DNA from: Epithemia pelagica | Lineage: Eukaryota; Protista; Bacillariophyta | Reading direction: 5' to 3' | Length of the DNA stretch: 64,000 nucleotides | NCBI GenBank assembly: GCA_946965045.2 | Contig: OX337237.1 | Location: 372,001-436,000, forward strand | Shown: positions 42,348 through 53,821 of the stretch, in pieces | How the letters are laid out: every line of letters begins with the position of its first letter | How positions within the stretch are numbered: position 1 is the first letter of the stretch | Position numbers and translations under genes: made by a program | Notes under the pieces: generated by a model | Told to the model about the DNA's origin: nothing | Database searches by the model: none | The model's input: only the letters and a program-made list of their open reading frames with translations

Positions 42348-42661
42348 GTAACTTTACGTAGTTTCTACACCAAACCAGACACAAGACCGAGTTCCGCACA
42401 TCCGGGTACCCTTGGTCGCACAACACGCCACACATTCCCGTCAAATCGCGAAAATTCGGCGAAAATTTGTTGAAACTCGGCGAAAATTTGTCGGAATCAA
42501 CGGAAATTTCCAGGAGTCGCACATCACAACACACATCCGGGTATCATATACGTGGTACATACGTGGCACACGTGGTACATCCGGGTTCACATCACATCAC
42601 ACATTAAATAAACCACATCACACCGCACATTAAATAAACATCGAACCAACCAAATAACACC

Positions 42662-45600
42662 ATGGATCCTCAATCACCCAAGACACCGTTTACTCCTTCT
42701 GAGGACAAGTCAAGTCATATAACCAATCAAGATCTCTTCGACCATATAACTAAAGGCATCTTTGGTTGTAATGATGAACGAGCCCAATCACTTCAAAAGT
42801 GGATGCAACATCATGGTTTTGAACATATCCTTCATGTCCTCGACCATGTTGCAACTGATCCCGAGGAGACACTCAAGGATCTCATGCAATACAAGGTTGG
42901 AAAACAAGTCAACGACCTACAGACAAGTACAAGATTACAACTCAAACTAATGGCATATTGGTTACTACAACAACGGCAACTCCAACATGGAAAACTACCC
43001 CGTGCTACCAAGGAAGAGCATATGTTCGAGAACATGAACATGATGAAGATGCAAGAGCCGTCTTGAAGAAACTCCATGTTCTACACACTGAATCTGATCT
43101 AGCTAAGCGAGAAGTGTTACGCCTAACAAGCTACATTTCGAATCTTCGACTGGGTGACTCTTGGCGTGGTACAACTCGTCAGTTTCTCCTACATTTTCAA
43201 GAACAGCTCCGACTTCTGGATAACCTTGTACCACTGTCGGATCGTATCCATGACCATACAAGGATGACCTTCCTTATGCAAGCTGTTGAAAAGGTACCTG
43301 ATTTAAGACGAGTCAAGATCTTATATAACGTTGTCAACACAAAATCTGGAGCCAAGTCTCTCTGTTATCAATCATATTTCCGCCTGCTTCTTGATGCTGC
43401 TTTTGACCATGACCAAGCTACCCGAACTTCTGCGTCTAACCGCCGTCGTCATGTAAAGCAACATGAATTTCAGTTGGATGAACCTTTTGAACCAGTGGAG
43501 CCCCCTGACTACCAGATCAACAACACGAATATCCAATCCGAAAAGTCCCCAACTTTGTCGAAAATCAGCCTTCCAAGAGATGTATGGTTTAAACTCTCTG
43601 AAGAGGATCGGCAAATCATTGTCGACTTCAATAAATCCGTCCAAGATTCCCCGACAACTCAACGCAAGGTCCAAACACATTCTCTTGACATTGATCCTGA
43701 ACCGGACCCTGATCCTGATGCCAACAACATTGGTGATACCCATCAAGATGCACCAGAACAAGATCCATTCGATACATCCTCTGATCCGGTTACCCAGTTC
43801 GTACACCAGGCTATTGCATCGACAGATATCAATCATCCAGCATCTGACCTCAGCAACATCTTGTCAACTTCTACAACAAAGTCAAGTCCTAAAGTCAAGT
43901 TCAAGTCTTCTGCTGATCACAAGCAAAAGGTTCATATGTCACGAAATCTATTCTCCCGCAAATCCACCTTTTCTGGTAATCAACTCATCGATCGAGGTGC
44001 CAATGGAGGCCTTGCAGGATCTGACATGCGTATCCTTGCCAAAACCGGACGTCATATTACCATCGTAGGTATTGACAATCATGAATTGACTGGCCTTCCA
44101 GTTGTTACCTGTGCTGCCAAGTTTGATACAAGTGATGGACCCATTATTGGTATCTTCAATGAGTATGCCCACTATGGAAAGGGTTTATCTATCCATGCCC
44201 CAGCGCAATTTGAACATTTCGGCCTATCTGTCGACGAACGATCCGTCAAGGTTGATGGCAAACAACGCATTACTACCCTTGATGGACGCGCATTGCCCTT
44301 ACGCATCAAGGATGGCCTTGCATACATTCAATCTCTGGGAATCCCTTCTGATGACGATATGGATAAATATCCGCATATTGTGTTCACTTCACCCCATCTC
44401 TGGGATCCTTCTGTACTTGACCATACCCATCCAGACCCCCATCAAGACCCTGCACCGAACTGGACATCTGTGGAGACTGATGGTAGTATGGAAACGTACC
44501 CCTATGACCAATATGGGGAGTATACCGATCGCGTTGTATGCACTTTGAATCTCCTCCTTGATCTCCCATATGATCATGGCCCCGATACACCTTCCTTCTT
44601 TTCCATCTATGCTGAAGATGGCAACGACCCCACACTTCATGCGTCTGTCCACAAACTCTACAAGGAACAATACGACTGGAAGAAATTTCGCCCTTTCTTT
44701 GGGTGGCAATCGGAAGACGTAATCGCCGATACGTTCAAGCATACAACTCGTCATGGACACATTTCCTTTGACCAGGATACCTTGAAGAAACACTTTAAGG
44801 CCCGGAATCCTATCCTTAACCTCCCACGACGGCATGAACCCGTTGCCACTGACTCCATCTTCTCCGACACCCCGGCTGTTAACCATGGTGGCAAGACTGC
44901 TCAGATTTTTGTTGGTCGTGATACTTTGGTTACTGACATTTATGGTATCAAGTCTACCAAGCAATTCGTCAATACCCTCCAGGATAACATTCGTACACGT
45001 GGTGTCATGGAGACTTTGATCAGTGATGGTGGTTCGTCACTTATTTCCCACAAGGTCAAGGATATTCTTCGCACCCTTCTGATTGGTGAGTACCGTTCCG
45101 AGCCCTATCATCAACACCAGAACAAAGCTGAGAACCGCTACCAGACCGTTAAGCATATGACCAATGCTATCATGAATGCCTCCGGTTGCCCTGCTTCTGC
45201 ATGGTTACTTTGTTTAGAATATGTGTGTGACCTCCTCAATCACACTTCCTCTCCCACCCACTCTGGCCGCACCCCTCTTGAGGCTCTTACCGGTACCCCA
45301 CCCGACATTACCCATCTCCTTTTCTTTCCTTTCTGGGATGAGGTCTACTATCGTGTCGACCCTTCTGAACCTACCTCCGGTTCTTACCCTTCGTCTCCCG
45401 ACGAGAAGATTGGCCACTGGGTTGGTTTTGCCCACAATGTTGGTGATGCCTTTACTTGGAAGATCCTCACTGCCGACAACGTCATCATCTACCGTTCCGC
45501 TGTCCGTCGCGTTGCCTCCACTACCCCCAACCTTCGTGTGGATATCTCTTCAGGGGAGGAGTCGCCACATAAACCCACTGACAAGCAAGGTGACACTGTC

Positions 45601-47937
45601 TTTATTCGCAGCAGAAGTGAAGACCCATCCACACCTATGCCAACAATTGACTACGACGATTTAGTTGGACGCACATTCCTTTGTGACACTGAAGAGAATG
45701 GGGAGCGCCACCGAGCACGAGTAATCAAACGAGTTGTCGACCTGGAACAAGATGCAACCAAACAAGAAGATCGACTCAAATATATCTTTCGCAAGTCTAA
45801 CTCCAATGTTGATGAGATGATCTCCTACAACCAGCTCATGGAATACATTGAAAGGGATAATCAAGCCCAAACGACAGGGGATAGTCTCTTCCGATTCAGA
45901 GACGTTATTGCACACCAAGGACCTTTGAACTCAAGCGACCCAGACTACAAAGGGAGAAAATATAATGTCCTTGTTGATTGGGAGACTGGGGAGACGACAT
46001 ACGAACCTCTATCTCTTATTGCAAATGATGACCCCATCACAGTCGCCATCTATGCCAAGAAAAATGGTTTGCTGGATCTACCTGGATGGAAACATCTCAA
46101 GCGATACGTCAAGACAAGCAAAAGACTCATTCGAGCAGCTAAACAATCCAGGATCAAACAAGTTCGTCGCTCTATCAAGTACAAGTTTGGTTTCCAAGTA
46201 CCTCGCACCTATGAAGAAGCAGTGGAACTAGACAAGCAATTTGGGAACACGAAATGGCAAGACGCAACAGAATTGGAACTCTCACAGATCCAATCGTATA
46301 ACACTTTCAAGGACCATGGAAAAGCCAAGTTCATTAATGGGAAATTGGCCAATGCACCAGAAGGATATCATAAGATAAGAGTACATCTGGTCTTTGATGT
46401 CAAGCATGACAGAAGGCACAAGGCACGACTTGTCGCAGATGGACATCTCACCAAGGAACCCGTTGAGACCATCTATTCAGGGGTTGTCTCCATTCGCAAC
46501 CTTCGCATTGCCATATTTCTTGGAACCATGAACAACATGGAAATATGGGGAGCAGATATTGGGAACGCATACCTAGAAGCATTGACAGGAGAGAAGATTT
46601 TCATCATTGCAGGACCAGAGTTCAAGGAGTTAGAAGGACATATCTTGATCATCTACAAGGCATTATATGGTCTCAAATCCTCAGGTGCTCGCTGGCATGA
46701 CAAACTGTTTGATGTTCTCATTGATATGGGATTTTCTCCAAGCAAGGCTGACCCTGATATCTGGATGAAGAAGGCTCCTGGAGAAGACTGTTATGAATAT
46801 ATCGCTGTATATGTTGATGACTTAGCTATCGTTGCCATGGACCCTGAAGCTGTCTGCAAGATCTTTACAGACAAATACAACTTCAAACTCAAAGGAGTCG
46901 GACCTATTGAGTATCATTTGGGGTGTCGTTATACCAAAGATCCAGACGGTACACTTGTGTCTGACCCACGAAGGTACATCGAGAAGATGATGGATACCTA
47001 TGAACGATTGTTCAATGAGAAACCCAAGAAAGCAAAGCCGCCAGTCATTGCTAACGATCATCCTGAACTCGATGACTCTGAGCTCTTAGATGAAGAAGGG
47101 ACCCAGCATTTCCAGACTCTTATTGGACAACTGCAATGGCTAATTACCATTGGCCGTTTTGATGTCTTTCCTGCTACCATGACTCTATCAAGGTTCAGAG
47201 CTGCTCCAAGGATTGGTCATTTGAAGCGAGCTAAACGCATCTATGGATACCTCATGTCATTTCCTGATGGGTCTATCAGATTCTGCACTGGGGAGCCAGA
47301 TTTATCAGCTTTACCTATCCAAGAATACGATTGGAGTCGTACCGTATACATGGACGCCAAGGAACGTATCCCTGAGGACTGTCCAACCCCACTTGGGCGT
47401 TTTGTGACAACTATACATTATGTCGACGCAAATCTCATGCATGATATGGTTACTGGGAAAGCAGTTACAGCCATCCTGCATTTTGTAAATGGTACACCCG
47501 TGGACTGGTACAGTAAGCGACAAGCCACAGTGGAAACAGCCACGTATGGATCTGAATTTGTTGCCGCAAGGACTGCAGTTGATCAGATCACGGAGCTACG
47601 CCTTACACTCCGATACTTGGGAGTCCCTCTGCGAGAGAAGAGTTACATGTTTGGAGATAACCGCTCTGTCGTTATCAATAGCACCACACCACACTCAATC
47701 ATCTCCAAGAGGCACCATCTCCTATCCTATCACCGAGTCCGCGAAGCTATCGCTGCAAAGTACGTCGCATTCTACTGGAAAGATGGAAAGACAAACCCAG
47801 CTGATATCCTCAGCAAACATTGGGAATTCGCCGCAGTTTGGCACATGCTCAGATCTTTGTTATTCTGGAGAGGAAAAATCCAGGAAAGTGATGAGGGAAT
47901 TGACAATCCTCATTCGACGAATTGTGGGGAGTGTTAG
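42662..47937 (+). pseudogene. gag-pol: gag-pol of B; gag broken by a 403-bp frameshifting deletion, pol frame (42958-47937) open
   Basis: Nearly identical to C. The junction CGTGCTAC|CAAGGAAG removes the equivalent of C 54169-54571. Motifs LIDRGANGG, YVDD and YVDAN are present. Confidence 0.92.
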
Positions 47938-48689
47938 GATTCTCACCGAAAACTAGGTGGTGAAACCTACAACTCATCGAATGATGCTAGTATTTTATGG
48001 CATCCGATGACATTTTCCTAAAAGTGAGAAAAGAATGTCGGCATGCTCGCGAAACTATAAATTTGGCCACGGCATGCTCGCAGTGCACGCGTTATCGGCG
48101 ACCGCTCGGATATTAACTATGGCCCAACACGTGCGCGCCCAAAACTATCAAGTGCGCGCCTCTACTATCCGAGTACGCGCATCCACGATTCGACCTAACG
48201 GTCTATGTAATCAAAGCACGAATCACGATCACGCGAGACCATATCTCTGTTCCCACAAATCCAAGAATGCAAACAGCAACGCGCCCAGGACAAGACTTAT
48301 ACCACGACAAAGCAAGAGCTGTTGCATCCCATACATGTTATCCATCACCCTATACATTCAATACACACCAATGCCGGTCTACTCCAACCAGTGAGGACCT
48401 ATCACACCAGATCCATGGCCGTATATAAGAGCCAGGACTTCGGCACCATCAACCACCTTAGTTAGTAATCGTCGCACAATCATTAATATCACCATTTTAA
48501 CACTCATCTTAAGACTTACCTCTTATCAGTGGACCGACTGCCCCCACCCACGGCGGACTTCGACTTGCAACTCTTCTCTGACCCGTGGAGGATTGTTGTA
48601 TCGGTTGGTGATTCGATTGTCGGCTCAGCGAGCCTTTTACCTATCCTACCTATCTGTCTAACCCCTGTTGAATCGAGAGAAGTTTATCA
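47932..48689 (+). repeat. 3' LTR of B
   Basis: 758 bp, followed by the TSD GAGGG. Confidence 0.96.
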
Positions 48690-48961
48690 GAGGGACAGGA
48701 GGACACAATCAGAATGACAACGACCATAGCCTCTCACACTTTGCCCTTCTCCCAAAATTGTTGCAACCTCTCGGCGAAATGGAAACAACAAGAAGGACAT
48801 GAACCAGGAACCTCCAAACCATTAAAGTGTCTACTACAAAGACGACGACGACGAGACAACCACCCCAAGAAAAAGCAACAAGACGAGTTCACACGTGTCC
48901 AAAAAGAGCAGGCTAGACGGACTATTTCATCGTTGGCCTTGAGCACACAACCTGGATCCAG

Positions 48962-49170
48962 CTCTCCATCGAGGGCCATGCCATGGTCTATTTGCAACTT
49001 GACCAAATTGTGTATCGCGATTTGAAACCCTCCAATCGCGGATTGATTCCGGATCACCAGGGTATCTTGAATCCTCCACTAGTGCGGTACTCAAGGGTTG
49101 TAATGGTACATGAAATGGCCGCACAGAACCTAAATCCAGGTCTCCGGCATCAACATAAATCTTGTTTTTG
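48962..49170 (+). pseudogene. Degenerate protein-kinase fragment (subdomains VIa-VIII)
   Basis: AMVYLQLDQIVYRDLKPSNRG resembles AMxYLH...YRDLKPxNIG; downstream RY...MVHEM; the second copy at 51970-52083 (minus) reads LAMAYLQLHQV and TLRYMLPEM. Confidence 0.6.
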
Positions 49171-49256
49171 TTCAACAAGCAAATCTTTCCGATACTTTGG
49201 ACACTATTTACTCCAAGCCTTGTGCTGTGTACTCAAATGAGCCAGCTATCTAGTCG

Positions 49257-50431
49257 TCACATCGCAAGTTGCTTTGTCGACGGCTGATGCTGGGAAGATG
49301 ATTGATCCAACCAAGACCCGTTTGGTTTGGGAAAGTTGAAATACGGGTTTTTGTAATCGACCCGATAATACTCCATGAGCTGTTGATACAACTTGGGAGT
49401 AATGTGCTGGGCCAGTTTGGACGACGCACCCGTCGCATGATTCCGACCGACTGCAGGGTGTCGAGTCGGGTTGGAAGAATTGGTCATGGAGGTGCTGGTT
49501 TTCGGGGTGGTAGTGCTAGTACCATATTCTTCCCAGGCTCCAATCCGTCGCAGCAATCGCTCCGTGTCCTGCTGCATGGTTTCCATGCGTCCAATAAAGT
49601 TCACTTGTTGCATGTACTTGTGAGAAATGCGGTGACTTTGCGGCGTCCAATGAAAGTCGGCACACTGTTTCATGACGGGAAAGGCAGCTTCCGCTGATTG
49701 TTTCAAACGACTCCGACAGGTGGCATTGCGTTGACAACAGCGGTTATAAACATAGTCTTGCGGACCCAGTGCCTTGTTGAGATAGGCCGAGACATAGCGT
49801 TCCATGGGATCGCGCAAGAAAATGGCCCGCGTCCATTCCGGAGACGTCATCATGTGTGTGGCTTGTTGTACTGAATAATGACGAAGCAATTTGAGCTGAT
49901 TCACTGCCTGTTTATGGACGCTGTCTTCTTGATGGGATGCAAAAGTACGATTGCAAATCATGCGCATAAAGAGCAAATGCCAATGGGTACATCCGACTTT
50001 GGCCGTGCTAAAAAAATGAGTTTGTATTTTTCAATCACAAAGGGTGGATCATGCCATCCCCCCTTGTATTCGCGATCCGAGAGCTCGATACGAAAGGGTG
50101 TTAGAGTCTTGTTGTGTGTACTCTTGTGCTTCTTGTTGATGGAATTCAAAAACTTGCGAATAGTACTTCGGTTCATATCATAGTTCCATACAAGAGAGCT
50201 CGAATTTGTCGTTTCGATTGCGGTTGTCATGCGAGCGCCGTGTAATTCGTTGTTGTTGTTGTTATTGGTGGCGGAAAACGTATGATAGAGGTGCCAGATT
50301 TGCATCATCAACAGCAAAAGGAGAGTCACTTGGACCACCCGGCGGAACGAAAGACCATTGGTCGTTGTTGTCGTTGTAGAAGTGGATGGAGGTGATAAAG
50401 AGGGAAGTGGTGTCCTATTCGCAGTACTCAT
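49257..50431 (-). pseudogene. Sulfotransferase ST5, single 1-nt frameshift in a T homopolymer (~50010-50016)
   Basis: ORFs 49958-50431 and 49257-49976 join at KLIF(F)STAK. The run has 7 T where 8 are needed, so this could be an assembly error. Confidence 0.8.
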
Positions 50432-51304
50432 GGTTGTTGTTGGTTTCTATTTTATGGATTCTGTGCCAGGACGATTCACACAACCATGTCTTTAACACAA
50501 ATCATCGAGAAGTAGAAGTGTCTTCGAGGCTGGCATCAGTTGGACCGTCGGTTGGACAGGGCTCGCGTGAATTGGCGAGTAATACCGTCTGCGAGTGCGA
50601 GCAATCGTCCAGGCGGCAAGCCATGTCTCTATCCAACAGATCTCAAATCTCCAACTCGAGAATCTCCAATGGAGCCTCGTCTCGAAACTGTTCCAAAGAT
50701 CACGACATTGTGTCCTTGCAAGAAATGTTCCCAATTCCATGACACTCTTGATTTCTATGCAGTGTGATATAAGTTGGTGCCATCGTTGGTGGTCCAACAA
50801 TGAGGAGGAATCTCACGAGAGCGCTACTATTCTCACACATGGTGCTTGGTGGTACGGATTGCGACTACACAAGAAAAAACAGAATTCTTGCACAAAAGAC
50901 TTGTCGTCTTGTGTGTGTCCAACAGGGGCAGTCGGTTCACACCATGAGACACCATGAATGTTTCGACGACACCCGCCAACAGAATACCTCCTACCTCTAG
51001 GTAGTCGAAGGAGAGTGTTATGTCAAAGATGGAATAGTATCACGGTCGACCTTTTCTCCTTGTCCAGAACACGCATTGATGTTGTTGTTGTTGTTCTCAG
51101 TGTCGTTGTTATCCTCCTCATACCTAGTATGATGGGATCCAATCATGGGTCGTCCTCGTCGTTGTTGGAACCTACCTATATTCCAATCACAAAAATAAAT
51201 TTCGATCTGTTGTTATATACTGAATGCCTCGTATCCTCGTTACTGCCGTTCGTGCTACGGACTACGGACACCGAGTTGAGCAGCTAGAAAAAGCGATACC
51301 AAAC

Positions 51305-51331
51305 TACCTACCTACCTACCTACCTACCTAC
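51305..51331. repeat. (CTAC)n tetranucleotide microsatellite
   Basis: Expansion of a single CTACC present in the paralogous spacers (e.g. 39105-39110). Confidence 0.85.
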
Positions 51332-51486
51332 CGAGGCAGAATACGTTGTTGGAACAAAGGCAATTGTTCGTTCCGCATGGACTTTTTCACCGCCATGGAC
51401 ACATTTATACTAACAAATTTATTTCTCCGTGTGCGTTCGGATTGCCATGTGGGTGTTTGTTTATTTCCGGCGACTCCAACATGTCG

Positions 51487-51969
51487 CTAGAGTGACACTG
51501 CAACTTGGTTTGTCAATGGCGGCAGATGCTGGGAGAATGATGATTCCACCCATGACAGGTTGGGTGGAGTAAAGTTGAAATACGGGTTTTCATAGTCCAC
51601 CCGGTAATACTCGAAGAGTTCTTGGTACAACTTGGGAGTAATGTGCTGAGCCAGTTTGGACGATGCACCCGTTGCATGATTCTGACCGGCACGACGTGCT
51701 GGTTGGGTGCCGGTGATGGAGGAATTGGTGGTGCTTGTCGTCGTCGTCGTAGGCCTGGTGTCATGTGTCCCATATTCTTCCCAGGCTCCAATCCGTCGCA
51801 ACAATCGTTCGGTTTCTTGTTGCATGGTTTCCATGCGTACCACAAAATTAACTTGTTGCAGGTACTTGTTCGAAATGCGGTGACTTTGCGGCGTCCAATG
51901 ACCGTCGCCACACTGTTTCATGACAGGAAAGGCGATTTCCGCCGACTGTTTGGACAAAGCCAGACAAGT
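51487..51969 (-). pseudogene. Sulfotransferase ST6, 3' fragment only
   Basis: CLALSKQSAEIAF...QVAVSL*; similarity stops at 51969, where an inverted kinase relic begins. Confidence 0.85.
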
Positions 51970-52083
51970 ACAAAAACAAGATTTAGATTCATGGTGGAGA
52001 GCTGGATTTAGGTTGTGTGCGGCCATTTCGGGTAGCATGTATCGCAAGGTACTTGGTGAAGTTGCAAATAGGCCATGGCCAAC
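51970..52083 (-). pseudogene. Second, inverted copy of the kinase relic
   Basis: Reverse complement matches ~48977-49165 with an internal deletion; continues past element C at 60261. Confidence 0.6.
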
Positions 52084-52841
52084 TGTTAGGATTCTCACCG
52101 AAAACTAGGTGGCGAAACCTACAACTCATCGAATGATGCTAGTATTTTATGGCATCCGATGACATTCTCCTAAAAGTGAGAAAAGAATGTCGGCATGCTC
52201 GCGAAACTATAAATTTGGCCACGGCATGCTCGCATTGCACGCGTTATCGGCGACCGCTCGGATATTAACTATGGCCCAACACGTGCGCGCCCAAAACTAT
52301 CAAGTGCGCGCCTCTACTATCCGAGTACGCGCATCCACGATTCGACCTAACGGTCTATGTAATCAAAGCACGAATCACGATCACGCGAGACCATATCTCT
52401 GTTCCCACAAATCCAAGAATGCAAACAGCAACGCGCCCAGGACAAGACTTATACCACGACAAAGCAAGAGCTGTTGCATCCCATACATGTTATCCATCAC
52501 CCTATACATTCAATATACACCAATGCCGGTCTACTCCAACCAGTGAGGACCTATCACACCAGATCCATGGCCGTATACAAGAGCCAGGACTTCCGCACCA
52601 TCAACCACCTTAGTTAGTAATCGTCTCACAATCATTAATATCACCATTTTAACACTCATCTTAAGACTAACCTCTTATCAGTGGACCGACTGCCCCCACC
52701 CACGGCGGACTTCGACTTGCAACTCTTCTCTGACCCGTGGAGGATTGTTGTATCGGTTGGTGATTCGATTGTCGGCTCAGCGAGCCTTTTACCTATCCTA
52801 CCTATCTGTCTAACCCCTGTTGAATCGAGAGAAGTTGATCA
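52084..52841 (+). repeat. 5' LTR of C
   Basis: 758 bp; 2 mismatches to the 3' LTR seen by eye. Confidence 0.96.
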
Positions 52842-52855
52842 GATTAACAGTCTCA
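52842..52855 (+). other. Primer-binding site of C (GATTAACAGTCTCA)
   Basis: Abuts the 5' LTR; identical in A and B. Confidence 0.82.
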
Positions 52856-52879
52856 TCGTTTATTTCCGAGAAGCTTTCG

Positions 52880-53631
52880 ATGTCTCACGACGATTCCAAC
52901 CTCTCTATTCGACACATCTTTCATTCCTTCCAACAAAGCGGGGAGGAACTCCATCCACCCGTGTCCCATCCGGGCGAGCCCTTGGTTGAAACTCCGAAAC
53001 AGACCCCGACTCAGGCCAGTGCTCCGAATCCCTTCCAGACCCCGGACCAAGTGGTCCAGCCTCCTTCGATTCCGACTCACCCTTCGACTCCGCCTCGCCG
53101 TTTGAACCCTACTCGCACCCGACGTACGAGCCGTCTTCTTACTGCGCATATCCGACACTTCCGCGAGCCGACTGAGTCGACTACCGACCCCGACGTGATC
53201 CGTTCCACAACCGAACGCGAGATCGATTTCCAGTCCGTCCAACCCGTGACTGACCTTGAGGACATCCAACGACTTCTCGACCTCTTGTACCAGTGCTCGA
53301 GACGCCGTTTCATTGTCCAAGCCCTGTTGGGCAACCCTGTGGAACCCATCCGTATTCGATTCATCTCCTTTGAACGTCCAACCAACTACTTCCACACCAT
53401 CTGGATCGTCAACTCGACGACGAATCCGCTACCTACCCCGACTACTCGTCTCGACGAGTACGTCTCCTTTGTTCACGAGATCCATCTCTGCCAGGATTTC
53501 CGTGCGACTACCTACCCTCTCATCAACACGTGAACCACTTGTTGGAAGACGACGACGTTGAAGAACTAGCCACTACAGTGACCGATTCCGCATCTCGTCT
53601 TCAGTACCGAGCCGAAAGTGACCAAGAATAA
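52880..53631 (+). pseudogene. ORF0 of C, frameshifted near the C-terminus (net 4-nt loss at ~53521; stop at 53533)
   Basis: Near-identical to B ORF0 until RATTYPL, then INT* instead of FTQHVNHLLEDDD... Confidence 0.8.
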
Positions 53632-53821
53632 GTAACTTTACGTAGTTTCTACACCAAACCAGACACAAAACCGAGTTCCGCACATCCGGGTTCCCAGCAC
53701 ATCACACATCCGGGTACCTACATACGCGTCACATCCGGGTTCTTCACACCGGTTAAATAAAATTTTCGCAAGGACATCACGCTACACACTGTGATAACAG
53801 CTGAACCATACAAGTACTATC

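Larger units (their letters stand above)
40796..48689 (+). mobile_element. Full-length Ty1/copia element 'B' (gag internally deleted)
   Basis: 758-bp LTRs with TG...CA ends; TSD GAGGG at 40791-40795 and 48690-48694; PBS; purine-rich tract TGTGGGGAG before the 3' LTR. Confidence 0.97.
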
